A DNA stretch of 64,000 nt, taken from contig CM022666.1 of assembly GCA_012295275.1 (NCBI GenBank), positions 14,632,001 to 14,696,000 of the forward strand. The letters run 5' to 3'. This stretch comes from Chrysomallon squamiferum (Eukaryota > Animalia > Mollusca). Below, piece after piece: positions 28,923 to 44,197 of the stretch (positions are counted from its first letter, which is position 1; the number at the start of each line of letters is the position of its first letter). Made by a program: the position numbers and the translations under genes. The notes under the pieces were generated by a model that searched no databases, was not told the DNA's origin, and saw nothing but the letters and a program-made list of their open reading frames with translations.

Positions 28923-29273
28923 GTCAATCTTTTACTCATAGTTGGCAGTGACAATGATCATGTCTTTATTATCATAAACTGTAGGATGACAGTTCAGAGA
29001 AGAATGTGTTTGTTTGTTTGTTTATTGTCTTTATTAACTTATGATATCAGTAATTAATATTTCTATTTTTTACTGGTTTAATTAATTATGTCTTTATCTA
29101 TATTATTATTTATTTATTTATTTACTTATTTATATATTTATTTATTTAAGACCTGGTTTTACCAGCTCATGTTGCTTCATACAACGGTGATTTGGATCAT
29201 CTCAGAATGCTGGTAGAAAATGGAATGGTCAACATCAGTGAACGAGATGACAAAGGGTCAACACCTGCACACA

Positions 29274-29495
29274 AAGGTCAGATATTTATTTAATATCCAG
29301 ATTTATCATTACAGGTATGCACACCTGTTTAATATACAGACTGATTATTATTATTAAAGGTACGTACAACTTTTTAATACGCAGATTTGTTATTGTTTCA
29401 GAAACTTACACCTATTTAATATACAGACTGATCATTATTATTACAGATATTTAGAGTATTTAGTATAGAGATCTGTTATTATTACTAGAGATATA
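29274..29495 (+). repeat. Degenerate ~40-bp minisatellite starting at a splice donor
   Basis: Recurrent AGGTA..CACAC.TGTTTAATATACAGA.T..TTATTA units after exon end 29276; paralog at about 51866-52080. Confidence 0.7.
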
Positions 29496-32400
29496 TAAAA
29501 TAGCTGTTGGACATACTTAAACACTCATTCATACTATAGCAACTAAAACAGACACATAGTCACATAGTCTTCCTTGACTTCCATTTATTTTTTTTATTTT
29601 TTTGTTATGTTATGTTATGAGAAATGGGCTAAATTTTCATAGTGCAGTTTATGTCTCTATATTGTTAAATTATTATATCACTGTATTATACAGCTGCTAT
29701 GGGAATTGAAGTTTAATATTTCAGATGTGACTTCCCAGACTTTTGTATTTCCTGAGCACTGTTTCCTTCTGTTAGTCTGTTAAATCATGTGTCAGGAGTG
29801 TGTGCAGGTCTCTCATTCTCTCTGTGTATGTTTGTTACGGTGTGTGTGTGTATCTATCTAGCTATCTATTGTTTCCTTGATATGACAGTTATTCATAACA
29901 TTAGTTTTATCTACCAGATAAAACTAACATTACAAATAAGCTTATGTATCAGACATTTCATAAAATATATATTATTTGTTTTTTTTTTTTTTTTTAGAAC
30001 AAGACAGAAAAGTGGTTGAAGATAATGACAGGACAGTTCAGTCACAAAGTAAAAGAAAAACAACAAAGTACTAAAGGTAAAATCAAATATTTAGAGTAAC
30101 TTCCCCTTTCTTGAAATGTTAAAGTTGTTAAATTTATATTTGTTTTTGTGTAATTTTAGATTTTAAGCAGTAACAATAATAGCAATAATAATAAAAGTAA
30201 TAATAATAATTAAATACAGTATTTTGTAGATTCTGAATTTTTGTTTTTTCTCTTCATATCTTCATAACTAATATCATAGTTTAAACCTTTACATCAGGAT
30301 TATTTGAAATATCCACTTGTTTTTGAATAATTCTGTTGTTTATCAATAAAGATATATATATTTAAAGTTAAAAGAACTAAAGTTATGATGACTTTTCAAA
30401 ATGCTGTCTTGTTCAATACTTTATTATTAATTCATAGCAGACAAACAAACCTTGTAAGTATGGAGAATATATTTACATTATTTCTTAGTTTTATCATAAT
30501 TAGATATTTACTTAGAAAAACATTTCATGTCAGATTTAAAAGACAGCTAATCAACTTGAATGTGTGCTGGAGATTGTGAAACAAACTGATACACAACTCA
30601 GAGGGCATCTCCTGGAGAACACAAAACAAATGAAAGGCATTTAAGACAAAGAGAAGTCAGTTGAAAAAAACAACAACAAAAAACATATATTAATTTAATA
30701 AATAAATAATTAATAAAAATAATAATAATAATAATAATAATAAAACAGAAGAGAAACAAGGTAACAAATAAACCAGGCAATAATAAATAAGTAAATTTAT
30801 AAGTAAATAAGTACAAAAAATAATAACTGTAAGTAAGTAAATGCATAAGTAAATAAGGTAGCAAACAAATTACTAAATAAATGAATGAATGAATAAATAA
30901 ATAAATAAATGGTCATTCAAAAGAATAAAATTGTGAAGAGATAAAATGGCAGTGTTAATGTATTTATAAAAGTATTATTTTATTGTCAAACATCAATATT
31001 AGCTACCAAAAACAGAAAATGGATAACATAGATGTATAAATTATTTTACTTGATCATTTTACTCTCAGATCTACACTTTAAAAAAGACCTCGTTTGTTGA
31101 ACTACTCCTTCCCAGTTAGGTCACTGAGTACAGCTGAGACTGACAAGATCAGTACACCTCAGTGTAATCATGGAGCTATCTCACATTCCAACCTCTGCTC
31201 CACACATAGTTACTTTGGTATGTTCCGTGCTTTCTTCATTTGCTGTTGATATATATAGAAATAAGTTAATGATTTAATAAGTAAGTGAGTAAGAAAATGA
31301 ATGAATAAGTTAATACAGTAAATAAATATGTAAAAAATAAATAAAATAAATAAGTTGGTCAAGGAATAAGTGAATGAAGGAATAAATGAATGATTGGGTA
31401 ACTGAATGAAAAAAGAGTGAGTGAGTGAGTAAATGAATTAATGAATGAATCTTTTTGGAATATATTTTATTTTTAAATAATTACTATAACTTGGACATTT
31501 CATTTTTAATTAACTATTGTTATAATCATTTGAAAGAAAGGAACAATCTGAAACAAGCTAAAGAAATAGTGAAACTAATGTACATAACAATCTATTTATT
31601 CATCGACTGACACACCCACCTATCTCTCTCAGTATTCTTTCTGTATAGCTATCTGTATCTTTCTTTCTACCTGTTTTTTTATTTGTATTATTATTATTAT
31701 TCTGTCTTGGTGTCTCCAAGTATACCTCCCTCTCTGTGTGTCTGTGTGTCTAACTGTGTGTTTGTGTTTCTGCAGGTTAGTGATGATGAGTATCACACCA
31801 GGTCAGGTCTTGTGAGGAGAAGAGCAGGCTCAAGTAAACAGAAAAGTCAGGATGATGTCAGTCTTTTTGTCAGACAAAATTACTCATGTTTAAAAAAAAC
31901 CTCACTCAGTTCGTGTCAGAATTATTTAGATCAACTGACACTTTGAACTCTTGACAATGACAATTTTTATACAGTCGATATCTTTGTATACACTCAATAA
32001 TGAAGTATTTTGAGTTAAGTGGATTCTCAGTCTGAAATAAAATACCAGAAAGGTACTGTTATATCTGTTGTTGTTATTGTTTGTTTCTTCCTTAATATTA
32101 ACAGCTAAAATATGTAATATAGTAGAATGAAATATAGATAGTATGTAATTTATACTTTTCTTTTAATTATAAAGTTTTTATTTCGTTTCGTTTTGTTAGC
32201 CAAGAAATTCATTTAGAATTTCAAATATTATTTCCAACATTCGTATATTACAAATCTGAACTAGAAAGGAAATAGAATAAATTTATATATTCTGCTTTAG
32301 TTTATTTCGCATTAAATGATTATTTATTTATTTATGTAATTATTTATTTATTTATTTATTTATTTTGTTGGTTTTCCTGTACATTTCTTTCCTTTTTCTT

Positions 32401-33389
32401 CCATTTATTTTCTTTTCTTTTATTTTGGTTGACATCCCATCATTCTTTCTATCTATTTTTATTTTCCAGTCTTCCTTGCATACTTTTCTTTTTCTTCCCT
32501 TCAAACAAAAAATATATTATATAATTAAATAAGGTCCATTCAAAATTAATTTTGAGTGACTGTTTTAATTTCATCTCTATTTCTTGTTTTATTTATTTCG
32601 TAATTCATAACTTTTTTCATTCCTTAATTCTTTCCTGTCTACACTTTTTATTACCTTAATTGTTTAAGATGTTGAAAAATAACTGACTTGTAAATTGTCA
32701 ACAATGATTGTGAGAGATTCAGTGGCAAAACCTCAAGAGTTCATATTTTTATTTTGTTTAAATGATTATTTATTTATTTATTTATGTATATATGTGTGTG
32801 TATGTAAAAAAAAGAAGGCAGGATAATAACGGCTAAGACATCAAATAAATAAATAATAAATCAATCAATAAAATTAAAAATAAATAAATAAAATAAACAC
32901 AACACAAACTAAATAATTAAATAATAAAGATGAAAAGAATAACTAGTCTGGATAATAAAATAAACATGTTACATAACACTGATATAATATTTATATATTT
33001 AATTTTTTTTTTTTTTTTTTAAATTTCAATAGAATTTTGTAAAAATAATTTAATGTAGTCAGAAAAAAAATAAGGAACAAAGACAAAAAAAAAAAAAAAA
33101 AAAAAAACAAAACAAAAAACAGAGCAATAAAAACAAAAAAATAAAAAAATAAACAAGGGGAAAATAAATGGAAAAAAAGAAGAAACAAAGAAACAGACGG
33201 TAAAAGTTAATAAACCAACTATATACATTATTATATAATTATAGCCACTAGACTAGTACCGGAGTTATTTCCCTTAGACCGAAAACAATGTACATATCGG
33301 ATAAATATGTTGTATTTGTGCACAGCATCTGCATATTCTGTGACTTTGACAGTGTCATGTTCCAAACTTTCGAATACAAAATAAAAGGA

Positions 33390-36071
33390 ACTGAATGATG
33401 CAAACTGGTCTACAACGTGCTCAAAGTCAGTTTTCTCAGTTTATTCTCATTTTCACACTGAGCAGAGGAAGACTACAGAGTCTGTCTTTACCCATAGAAG
33501 CCCATAAATCTGAAAGTATTAGTTTCATCTTGCTAAATGATGTCTCGCAGCTGGCAATAGAAACTGCTATGGTTAGCATTATATGAATAAAGCTGTAAAG
33601 ATTAGGAAAGACACTGTATCTCCATAATGAACAATGAATTTGAGAGGTACTTCAGGTCTTGTTATCTTCATGTTGGAACAACGTGACGGCAGTATTCAGC
33701 CATCCAGTATTTTTTCATGTAGCTGATGTCCATCAATATCAGAGCTGTACAGTTGACATAAACCTCCACGCTTCTTCTTTAGGTCATTGGTGTCGATACT
33801 GTAACTCAGTGCCTCGTCATCGAGAAGGAACCCAAACTTGATATCTGTGTCATGCAAACGAATGAACCGTTCATCCATTTTTCGGTGAAGACGGTTGAGT
33901 GTTACCTTCATGACTCTTTCAATTACCTCCTTAGTTGTTATCCCAGCATCTCTTGAGTTCTCACCAGCCATTCGTAGCTTTCGTCTCCGACGTCTTTCTA
34001 CATCAAAATTCCGTTCTTCGAGTCACTCACTGACCCACACTTTTCTTCTATCATCAAAATGATCATGAAACTTCGTTCTAGGATCCTGCAGCCTCTTTTG
34101 AACTCGGTCAGTGAAAATGAGTATTTTGTCCCAAAATCCTAGCAAAGTTAGAAAATCGTAACTCAATAAGAGGTTATACAGCTAACTTGCATCTTTTCTT
34201 CTTTCACTTATTGATTTTCATTGCCTGTCGTATCCTGCAGGACTCACAGTATCCCCATAAGGTACTTTGCTGACGCAGTTTACTGCTTCTGTCCTCGCAC
34301 TTCACTTGGTTTCTGACTCTGATTTAACAACCATGGGCAGAGTTTTTCCAAACGCTGTGTTGAACAAGAGAAAAACACATACAGAGGTTGGATGTTTCCA
34401 GAAAACGTGACCACCATTGGATCCAGCTAACACCAAGTCTGAGAGCAGCCATCACAACAGCGTTGTGATACCACTGTGACCGATAATCTTGTAGCTCCAC
34501 TTCGTCTTTCTCTAGCTGTTTGAAGTTGTCGTCAACCAAGCTCTCAGCATCCTTCTGGCATATCTGGTCAATATAAGGAAGAGCTGTTTAACACATACTA
34601 CTTTCTTCTGAAATCAACTTCCACGTAACTCACTACGTCTGACATCTGATCACGGCGTGCTTGATCAGGAGTCGAGTCGAACATGACACCAGAGAACTTG
34701 GCTCTACGAACGGTTCTTAGAAAACACTGGATGCCATCAGGTGGATTAATTCGTTAGGGACTCCTGGTGAAAGATAAGACATTGATCCAGTATGACCTTT
34801 CACACAGGTCAAGTGTTCTTTCATGACAGGGTCAGAAATAGCCAGTAGTTTCATTAAGCCAATTTTCTTTCCACATTGGAGCCAAGATCTTTATCTTGCT
34901 GAAGTCCTCTCCGTGTCCTCGCAAAGCCAGGTTCTGAGTTGCAAGGAGATTTATGCAGTGAAGGATTCTTGTTAAACAATCACTCTACTTCTGGTTTTCG
35001 TTCTCTGTGATTGAAGTTCCAAGTCATTAATTCTGTTCTCATTAACGTTCTTTCCATTTCTTTCCACTGGGTGAAGCTCTTCGTTTTCGTGAACAGTACA
35101 CCTTTCAGGTGAACTGCACTGATGAATCCACTTTCTTGCTCCTATGAGAATTGATCGTCTGACCTTGAATAGAGAAGATAACAGATGCAACAGGCTGAGT
35201 TTTTAGACGGGAATTAGACCAGCCCAGAGCTAGTCATTTCTTCACTGGAACCATTCCCCAGTTTTCTGTTGAACCAAGTTCTGTTCACTCAGCGATTGTT
35301 TGTTCGTAGAAAATAACCCTCACTTTTCTGGAAATAGTTTGATTCCATCTTGATAATTTCTGTTCGTAATGCATCATAAAGAATTGTTTTTCTGGTATTC
35401 TTGTCGAACTTCAGAAGTCGAATTTCATGCTGTTTAATAACTGCTGGCAGTTCGAGGCTCTTTGACACCCACCATCCACTTCACTAGGTTCCGCGTGTTT
35501 ACGTTCAGTCTTCTCAGGTACATTTTTGAGAATACATTCAACATCAACATCGCCAGCTCCATCGTCTTCCCCTACTGTCACGTCAACATCCTCTCTGGCA
35601 CCTTCACTCTTAATCTCATACACAGATTTATCTGACTTTATTCCTCTTTAGCTTGTGACACATTTGTACGCGATCTATCTTCAGATTCCAAGAAACTTGT
35701 AGTAGGTGCAGGTGTCAAAGTACTTGTCCCAGGTATTTCAAAGAATAGCATGAAGAACTGGCTTCACTTTTTGTCTTCCTCTGCATCCAACTTTCATATA
35801 TTTGGCCTTTCAGCTCCACTTTCCTTTATGTGGGGAAAATAAAATAAAATAAAATAAAATAAAATAATATATATATACACACACACACACACATACATAC
35901 ACAATCTGGCCACCCTATTGCTTCTCACACACATACAAAAATACAGAATGACAGCTCATAATATGTTTGAAGAAAACTCTCTGATTTTTCAGAATCTGCT
36001 GAGTGGTGCCCCCTTCAAGTGGTGGCTCTCAGGGCAAGTGCAATACCTGCCATACCCTAGACACGCCCCTG
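33390..36071 (-). mobile_element. Decayed ZMYM1-type hAT transposon, copy 2, with 5' terminus
   Basis: Mirror of 14835-17155 plus remaining dimerisation-domain end; terminus CAGGGGCGTGTCTAGGG on the minus strand at 36071. Confidence 0.88.
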
Positions 36072-39000
36072 ACGGTGAGAGCTGGGCTATAAATAAACTA
36101 GCTCTTCGTAGGTTTCTAGAAAAATATGAATAAGACTTAGATATTACCTGTACTGAAATTAACATTTATTTGTTTAGTTTCACACTGGAATCAATTTTAA
36201 AGGCAGTGTATCAGAAACGATTTCAAGAATATTTAATTTCTATTAATATAAATAATATATTAATAATAATGTATTAGGTGAAATACTTGAGAAAGCTCAA
36301 TGTAAAGATATCAAGTGTACACACATTATTACTATTACTGTTCTTGTTGTTTTTCTGTTGTTAGTGGTGATAACAGTAAAAGGACAGTGGTATTTTTAAT
36401 GTATCTGTTTATTCCTTGTAGTCTGCTGTTGATTTGAACATGTATGCAATTTTAGATTGCCCATTTTTTGTAACGTGTTTTTAAATAACAAAAAATGTAT
36501 TTATAAATGACAAACATTGTATAAAAAAAAATAATAAAAGAGAATGTAAAGAAATAAATTGGTTTTGTAAAGTGTATTTATCTTCGAAATATTTTAACGC
36601 CTTTGGCTGGAGTTACAGCGTTTATCGACTCATCCCGCTTCAGTATGGTACATATCTTAGAAGTACTACGTTCGTACCGCCTAGCCAAGTCGTCTACAAA
36701 CATATGATTTGATGCTTTAATTCAATGGACATCATCCGCTTCTTCTTCTCAACACTGTCGTTTGCACTCACTTTCTTACGATCCATGGTCAGAAGAAACA
36801 AATTTGGCAAAATACTGCAGAAGACACGAAAACAACACAACAGAGATACTTCCACGGCGAAGTAACCACATGAAGTAAAGGAGTGAGACGCGGAATGCTG
36901 GCCGGATGCTGTGTTGTTCGTTGCGCCAACTAGCAGCGGCGTATTTGAAGTTCGCTCGTAACTAGGATTTTGGCTCGCAACTCAGAGCAAATAGTCGACC
37001 AAGCGTCTGCCCGTAAGTCGGAAAACTCATAAGTTGGGGCACTCGTAAGTGAAGGTACCACTGTACTTCTAAAAAATAGAGTACAAAAAACAGTTTTGCC
37101 GTTTTATGCAGGGTCAAAGACACTTGTTGAAAATTGGTGATTAAGTCTTGTTTGCAAGAAAAGTAGAAACTATTTTCGACAAACCACATGAGAACCAGTG
37201 AATCGTGGCCTGAACAGCTGATTGTTTCGTTTTAAAAGCATCTTTTGCATTTTAATTTTATTGTTCGAATGGTTTATAATCACTACTATTACAACCAATA
37301 CCCTGCTGCTACAACTACTACTAGTGATACATTACACAACCTATATACTCTACATTATGCAATAATATGGATTATACTATAAATGCAGACATTAAAGTAT
37401 GCCAGTTTTTCGATATAATGATGTAATCAAGTTAATAACATTGGATAAAAAGGCAGATTACTCCTCTTGTATTCTGTAATCCTTGTTTAGCAGGATAAAA
37501 GAAATAATAAAAAAAAAACAAAAAAAAACGTTAATAAATAAATAAATAAAATTTAAAGACTTGAATCAAACGCATAATGAGTAAATAAAAAAAAATGAAA
37601 GTAAAGAAAGAGAAATTATTAAAACATTATTGAAATAATAGTGACAACTAAATCCTCATCCAAATTTGAATATTTTATTTCTTGTTTTAAAAGTAGTTTC
37701 ATAGGCAGAAACAAAATATATAATTTCTCTATTTCTGTATGTTTAACATACATATGATTATACTTTCATGAAAAATAATCTACTGTCGAGGAGAAAACGT
37801 CACTATGGATACATCATAAACAAATATTTGCACGAATTGCTAAATCTTTGAATCTCTAAATAAACTGTACATGACGTCACATGCGGGTTGAACTAGAGAA
37901 CTACACAATGAACACTTCAGGGTCTGTTTAGTACTCAGAAAAGTCGGGGAATGAACATTTGCTTTTATTTTCATCACTTTTTATATTTATTTATTTACTA
38001 TTTCTGCAAGCAGCTGTCTTCTACCGTTTTCTGAATGTGGTATAAGGGAAATAACCCCAGTAGTGATCTGCGTGATCACACTATAAATATACTACTTAAT
38101 TTGTTTTTAAAATCATTTGTTTTTAATGAATTAATTAATTTAGTTAGTTTGTTCACTTCATTTCGTGTTTTCTTATTATTTATCCTGATATTTTATCTTA
38201 ATAAGTTTTATTTTATTTTATTTATTTATTTATTTATTACCTGTTTTTCCTGTTATTATCATGCTTACTTTTTACATACATACATACATACATAAAGAAC
38301 CATTGGAAGAAAATTAAAAATACGAACGTTTCAGGTTTTGCCATAGAGTACATCTCTCACACTCGTTGTAGATAATTATTAAGTCTGTTATTTGTCACAT
38401 GTGAAACAGTTAATGTAATGAAAGGATAGAGAAACATGAGAACGAAATAAACAATACAGATGCACACAGGGACCCCTCCACACACACACTCACACACACT
38501 CACAGTCATACACTATGTATAGCCAGTCAGATAATACGTTGATTTTAGCTTTGTACATCTGCTGTTTTTGTTTTTATTTTTTTTATCATTTTTTTTTTTA
38601 CTTACTTACTATCTTATTTACTTAATTACTGACTTACTTATTTACTTTTATGTCCATTATTAATTTATTTTTATTGTACTTTTTTATTTGATTAAATTTT
38701 GTAACTAAAGCACACAAATATTGATAAGAAATGAGTTTTAATATTAATATTTATCCAAAGAAATTTTATATGAAGTAATAAATAAATTAAAAAATGAAAC
38801 AAACAAACATACAAATAAACAAATAAAGAAAAAAAACAGCAATAAAAGAAACAGATAAAGCAAACGATAAAAGTAGCTTTCCAACTTTCTATTAAAATAT
38901 AACCAAGAAAACTGTACATTATTTATGGGAAAGAAAGAAGAAATGTATACAAAGAGACATGTACAAAACACGTGTAACTTGATCAGGATGCACAAATTCT

Positions 39001-40380
39001 TAGCGAGACTGAGTCATATAAAATTTCAGAATCTAATATGTTCATCGTAATCTGAGCCTCACAGGTGGACAAAGAATCGAATAAACTGTTTAAAATGTGC
39101 TTAGTAATTGTATGTTGTATGTAGTTTCAGGCTCTGTCGTTACCTGTAAATGAAGTAATAACTTAGCATACTTATACAGTAAGAAGTATTACAATTAAAC
39201 AGAAAGACAGATGAAATTAATAATTAAATGACCAAATAAAAGTAATAAAGTAATAGAAATCTTGTATTAGAATATTCTGGTTTTAAAAATAAGTATTTGA
39301 AATAAAACATGAATTAGATTTTTCAATACGGAACGAGTGAAAACTGAAGAAAATTGTGTTGTAAAAAGTCGCACTCTTTACTATTTCAGTTTCCTTGCTT
39401 CGTCAGAGATCGCGACTGTCACAGGCGTGCTTCACAGCGGCTTGTTCTGATTAGTTCGTTCATTTTTCTACTCACTCTCTCTCTCTCATTCCCTCACTCC
39501 CTCACTCACTGTTTCAGATTACAGTGATTCATTCATGTGTGACAATCCCAACAAGTTAACTCAGTAATGTGAAAAGTGGTCATTGCTTATATACAAAATC
39601 AGTTAATTGTGTATTTTTTATACCAGGAGAAGTATATGTAAACGGTACGTACTCAGACATACATACATATATATATATACACTTACATCCCTTCTCACAC
39701 GTACATTGGCAATAGGACGGTGACAGGCGTTACGTTCAGAGAGGTTAGAGGTCACTCCAGTTCGCCTGATTGCTACAGACCTATCCCCAGAAACTCGATT
39801 CGTTACTTGCACAATCACAAATACATTTTTCTTTGTAAATACCGTGTAACCCAATTTTATTTATTTCTCATTAATAAAACTTGCGTTATAGTTTTTCTCT
39901 CATTCGACAGTTGTCCTTACACGGTAATATTCGCAGCAATTAAATCAAATTGAATTAAATTGCATTAGAGCTTCGCGACAATTTAAAAGAATGGAATCGA
40001 ATAAATAAAAACTTTGAACAATATATGTAGTTTGAATAAAAGGTTGTTATAAAAAAAAAAAAAAAAATTAAAAAAAAAAAATAAAAATAAAACAACAACA
40101 AAAAAATCACGTCTCATCCGAGTCTCCTGTACTTTAGTTCATTTATAGTTTTATTTTTTTCTGTAACAGATTAAAAATATATGCAAGAAAAATATAATTG
40201 AAGAGAGATTTACATTCTTAATAGAAAGTATTTATTTATTTGTAAACACAGTTAAAAACATTTACAAAACTGTCTTTCTGTCACCAAAACTGTCTTTCCT
40301 CATTATATCTGTTTTTTGTCAGTCTGTCTTTTTTTCTAGAGCGACACCGAATCAACAAAAAGGGAAAAATAGAAGGATAG

Positions 40381-40444
<64 letters not shown>

Positions 40445-42161
40445 AAAATAATCAGAAAAATGAACGAACGAATTGAAAAACTAAAATTCAGGTAAAGAAA
40501 TCAAGAAATATAATTTAAAGAGTTTAAACAAAAGCTGAATTGATAAACAAAATTTAAAAAAAGAAAATGAAAATAAACTGAGAGGGAGAGAGAGTTTCAA
40601 ACATTATTCTTGAAATAATAACGACAACAAAATGCTCATTCAAACTTGAATAGTTTAATTTATATTTTTTAATTTTTTTAAATAGTTTCTTCTCGACTTT
40701 GTTTGTGTATGTTTAACCTGTGTATGAACATCACTGTGGTTACATCATATTCGCATGAATTACTCATTTGAGGTGTCTTTGAATGTTTAAATAAACTGTA
40801 CATGATGTCTCACGTGGATTAAACTAGTGAACCAAACAGTGAAGATTCCAGGGTCTGCTTAATCATCAGAAAAATAGGGGAATGAACATATATAACTGTG
40901 TATTTTAATTTTCTTTTTTATTAATAATATCATTTATTTATTTATTTTATTTCCATTATAATTTTTATTTATTTATTTATTTATTTATTTTCATTTAATT
41001 TCGGAAAATGGTTTTAGTAGCTACATAGAAATTTAAAATATTTTCTTTTTAAAAATTTCAAAACATCACTGACGGAGAAACAACAAGAAAAACAAAATAA
41101 TATAACAGTGAAAGAAGACGATGTAAATAAAACGAATAATAAATAAAGCAACACCCCCAGCAACATCAACACCAATATACCCCACTTGATGCGGCCATGT
41201 TTAGAAGAAACAAACTTCAGTGTGCGATGGTTCACTCAAGTTTCACAGTCCAGGTAGGGAGTTTAAGTTTACAGACGTCCATAGCAAGTTAAATCAGTGA
41301 TGTGGAAAGCGGTCATGTGGTTATATACAAACACAGGTAATCCCCTATTTTTATATCAGGACACGTCTATTGATAAAATAACTTTGTAATTTTGGATGAA
41401 AATAAAAAAGAAGAAAACTGCACATCGTTGATAGTAGAGAATGAAAAACATTAAAAATCGTATAAAAATTGTCGTCTTTATATATATATATAAAACAATA
41501 ACAAACACAAAATAATAAAGATTTATTCTGTTGTGTCTTACATCCTGCACGTTTATGGAAAAAAAAAAAAAAAAAAACAACAACCCATAAATAAAAAATC
41601 AAAAAAATTAAAAAGTTCAAAAGATGTAGTAATATTACCATAGTAGTTGATAATATCCGTATCAAGAGATTTGGGACATCGAACATGATCTTTATTATCT
41701 AGCATATGAAACAAAATTTACTTTATTTGGGTTCCCATGCATGAACGGAAAATGTATTGTGGATAAAGAAGAAAGATCGTAGGAAAAGTAAACTTTACAT
41801 CGTCAGTTGGACGATGGAAGTGAATCGACCCATTGACCTGCGACTTCATGTAACCCGAGTACCACATTATATCAGTTTGAAGTGTAATAGTAGAAATAAA
41901 TAAGCTAACAAAGTTAGATATACTTCCAAGGTAATTGATTATTGTTTAGAGCGACCTGTCACATTTATTCCTCATAATTTAATAATCCAGTAGCAAAATA
42001 AATGAACGTCTCCATTTTATCCGAATGACGTATCATTTTGGTCTCGACAGAAGAAACTGTAGAACAAATTTGTACATCTTTGTCAATGTCGCAGTTAGTT
42101 ACTGTAGATATATTTAAAAATGTACTGCCTAGTTGCTATACTTTATTAATAATTAAGACAG

Positions 42162-42222
<61 letters not shown>

Positions 42223-42263
42223 ATTCAACAAGTAATTTATTCTGACGACGCGCTCTTTCATTC

Positions 42264-42300
<37 letters not shown>

Positions 42301-43547
42301 TTGTCTATTTTCACCATGTAAAAACGAATAGAGGTGAAACACTTGTAACTGACTTTCATGGTGTAGGACGTTCAAAGTCATTCATTGTAAGCAGCTGTTA
42401 TTTGTATCGTCGTAACAACAAAACTTGTAACATGATCAGGATGTGTAAATTCTTAACGAAACTAAGGTGTATAAAATTTCAGAATCTAATCTGTTCATCA
42501 GAATCTCAGCCGCGTAGGTAGAGAAAGAATAATCTGTTTCAAATGTGCTTAGTAATTGTATGAAGATATATATGTAATTTCAGGGTCTGTCACATTGTTT
42601 CACCATGTAGTAAAAATTTAACATACTCATATAATAAGAAGAAATACAAAAACATTTTAATTAATTAAATAAAAACGCAAAGAAATGAAATTAATTAAAC
42701 TGCTTTATAAAAGTCATAAAGTGATAAAAATCTTGTGTTACAATATTCATTGTGATAAATCTGGTTTTAAATGTAGAGAGAGAAAAATTGTAAACCACAG
42801 CTAACAGAGATGCTATTTTTGTTTCTTTGTATTAATAAAGAAACACATTTTTTTTTTTTTATGTGTAAGACAGAAGCGACAATCTCGAAGTTTGTGTAAC
42901 GTTGAATTTATTTGTGCACACTATTACTGTACTTAACAAGAAATAAGAATGACAAAAAATTTAAAACAACAAAAAAACAAATAAATAAAATACCAATAAA
43001 GCAATAAAAGTTGTGTAAATTATCACGTTTTATAACAAAATTCGTTATCAGAAACAATCACTTTTATAATTAAATTAGAAAACAGTTTTACTATTTTTTA
43101 TTAAAATATCTTCTACATTTAGATTTAATCAAAATGCACGGAATAGTGTAGTCAGTATTGCCTTGAGAAATTAAATAAAGAAACAGGCAAAAGTTGTATT
43201 CAGTTATCAGGAGCAAGACGCTTTTAGTTTTCTTCTCTGAATTATATTTTTCTTTATGCAAGTTAAGTCAAGAAACAACCAAAGTTTCCGTCTATTATTA
43301 ATTTTAATTTTATTTTTATCCTGTACTAAATCTAATAAATTCGTCTTTACACTGTCATTCCCACGGAATCAATTAATATGTTGAGAATACTTAATGCAAT
43401 ACATTTATCTTTAAATACACGACAACAACATAATAGAGTAAGTATTCATTTTAAAACTGACTGTTATATGATATAAATTATCTATGCAGAAACTTGTAAT
43501 ACAAACTATTGATCTTTTATATGATTTACGCATTATACGTTTCCTGT
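33477..43547 (-). repeat. Right arm of large inverted duplication (no Gypsy insertion)
   Basis: Reverse complement of 1-7566 and about 14800-17155. Confidence 0.95.
36460..37063 (-). mobile_element. Tigger/pogo fragment, mirror copy
   Basis: CTCGTAAGTGAAGGTACCACTG then TA at 37064; same flank as 7022; absent at the equivalent site near 56295. Confidence 0.85.
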
Positions 43548-44197
43548 TTAACGTTTAGCAAATGATGTACGTTTTCTTCTCAGCCATCAGAAATTACTTT
43601 TCGTGTTTGTAGCATTGAAATCAGATATTTAGCAATAGGTAAGTCATGAAATCCAGTTTGTGGAGGTAGCTGCTATGTACGGCTGTTATAATCAGTACGT
43701 CCACACAATAATACCTTATCTGAGGTCTTCATTTGTTTTATAATTTCATTATTTTTGCTGCAACAAATTAAATAATACGTGAAAGAGAAAATATAATGTT
43801 GAACAAATTCGATGTATTAAAATACAACAACATTATACCCGCTGGAAACTTTCAGATCCGACCCTGACTAGAAGAAATAAATAACTGAAGAATGTGATGA
43901 CTCACTCAAGTCTCACAACGTAAATAAGAGTTTGAGTTTACACAGAGTAAAAAGCTAAATCAGTGATGTGGAAAGTGGACATCGGTTATATGAAACCAGC
44001 GGTTCTCGCGCGTTTTCTATGCCGGGGAGGTAAAGGACAATTAGTACCTTTCAAAATTTCCATTAAAATATAACCAAAGAAAACTGTTCATTATTTATAA
44101 TCAAGAAGAAAAAAGCTACGAACACTGGGATATTAAAAAAAAAAAAAAAAAAAAAATGTCTTTAAACTTTATTAAAAAATTACTCTATTGTCTTAAC

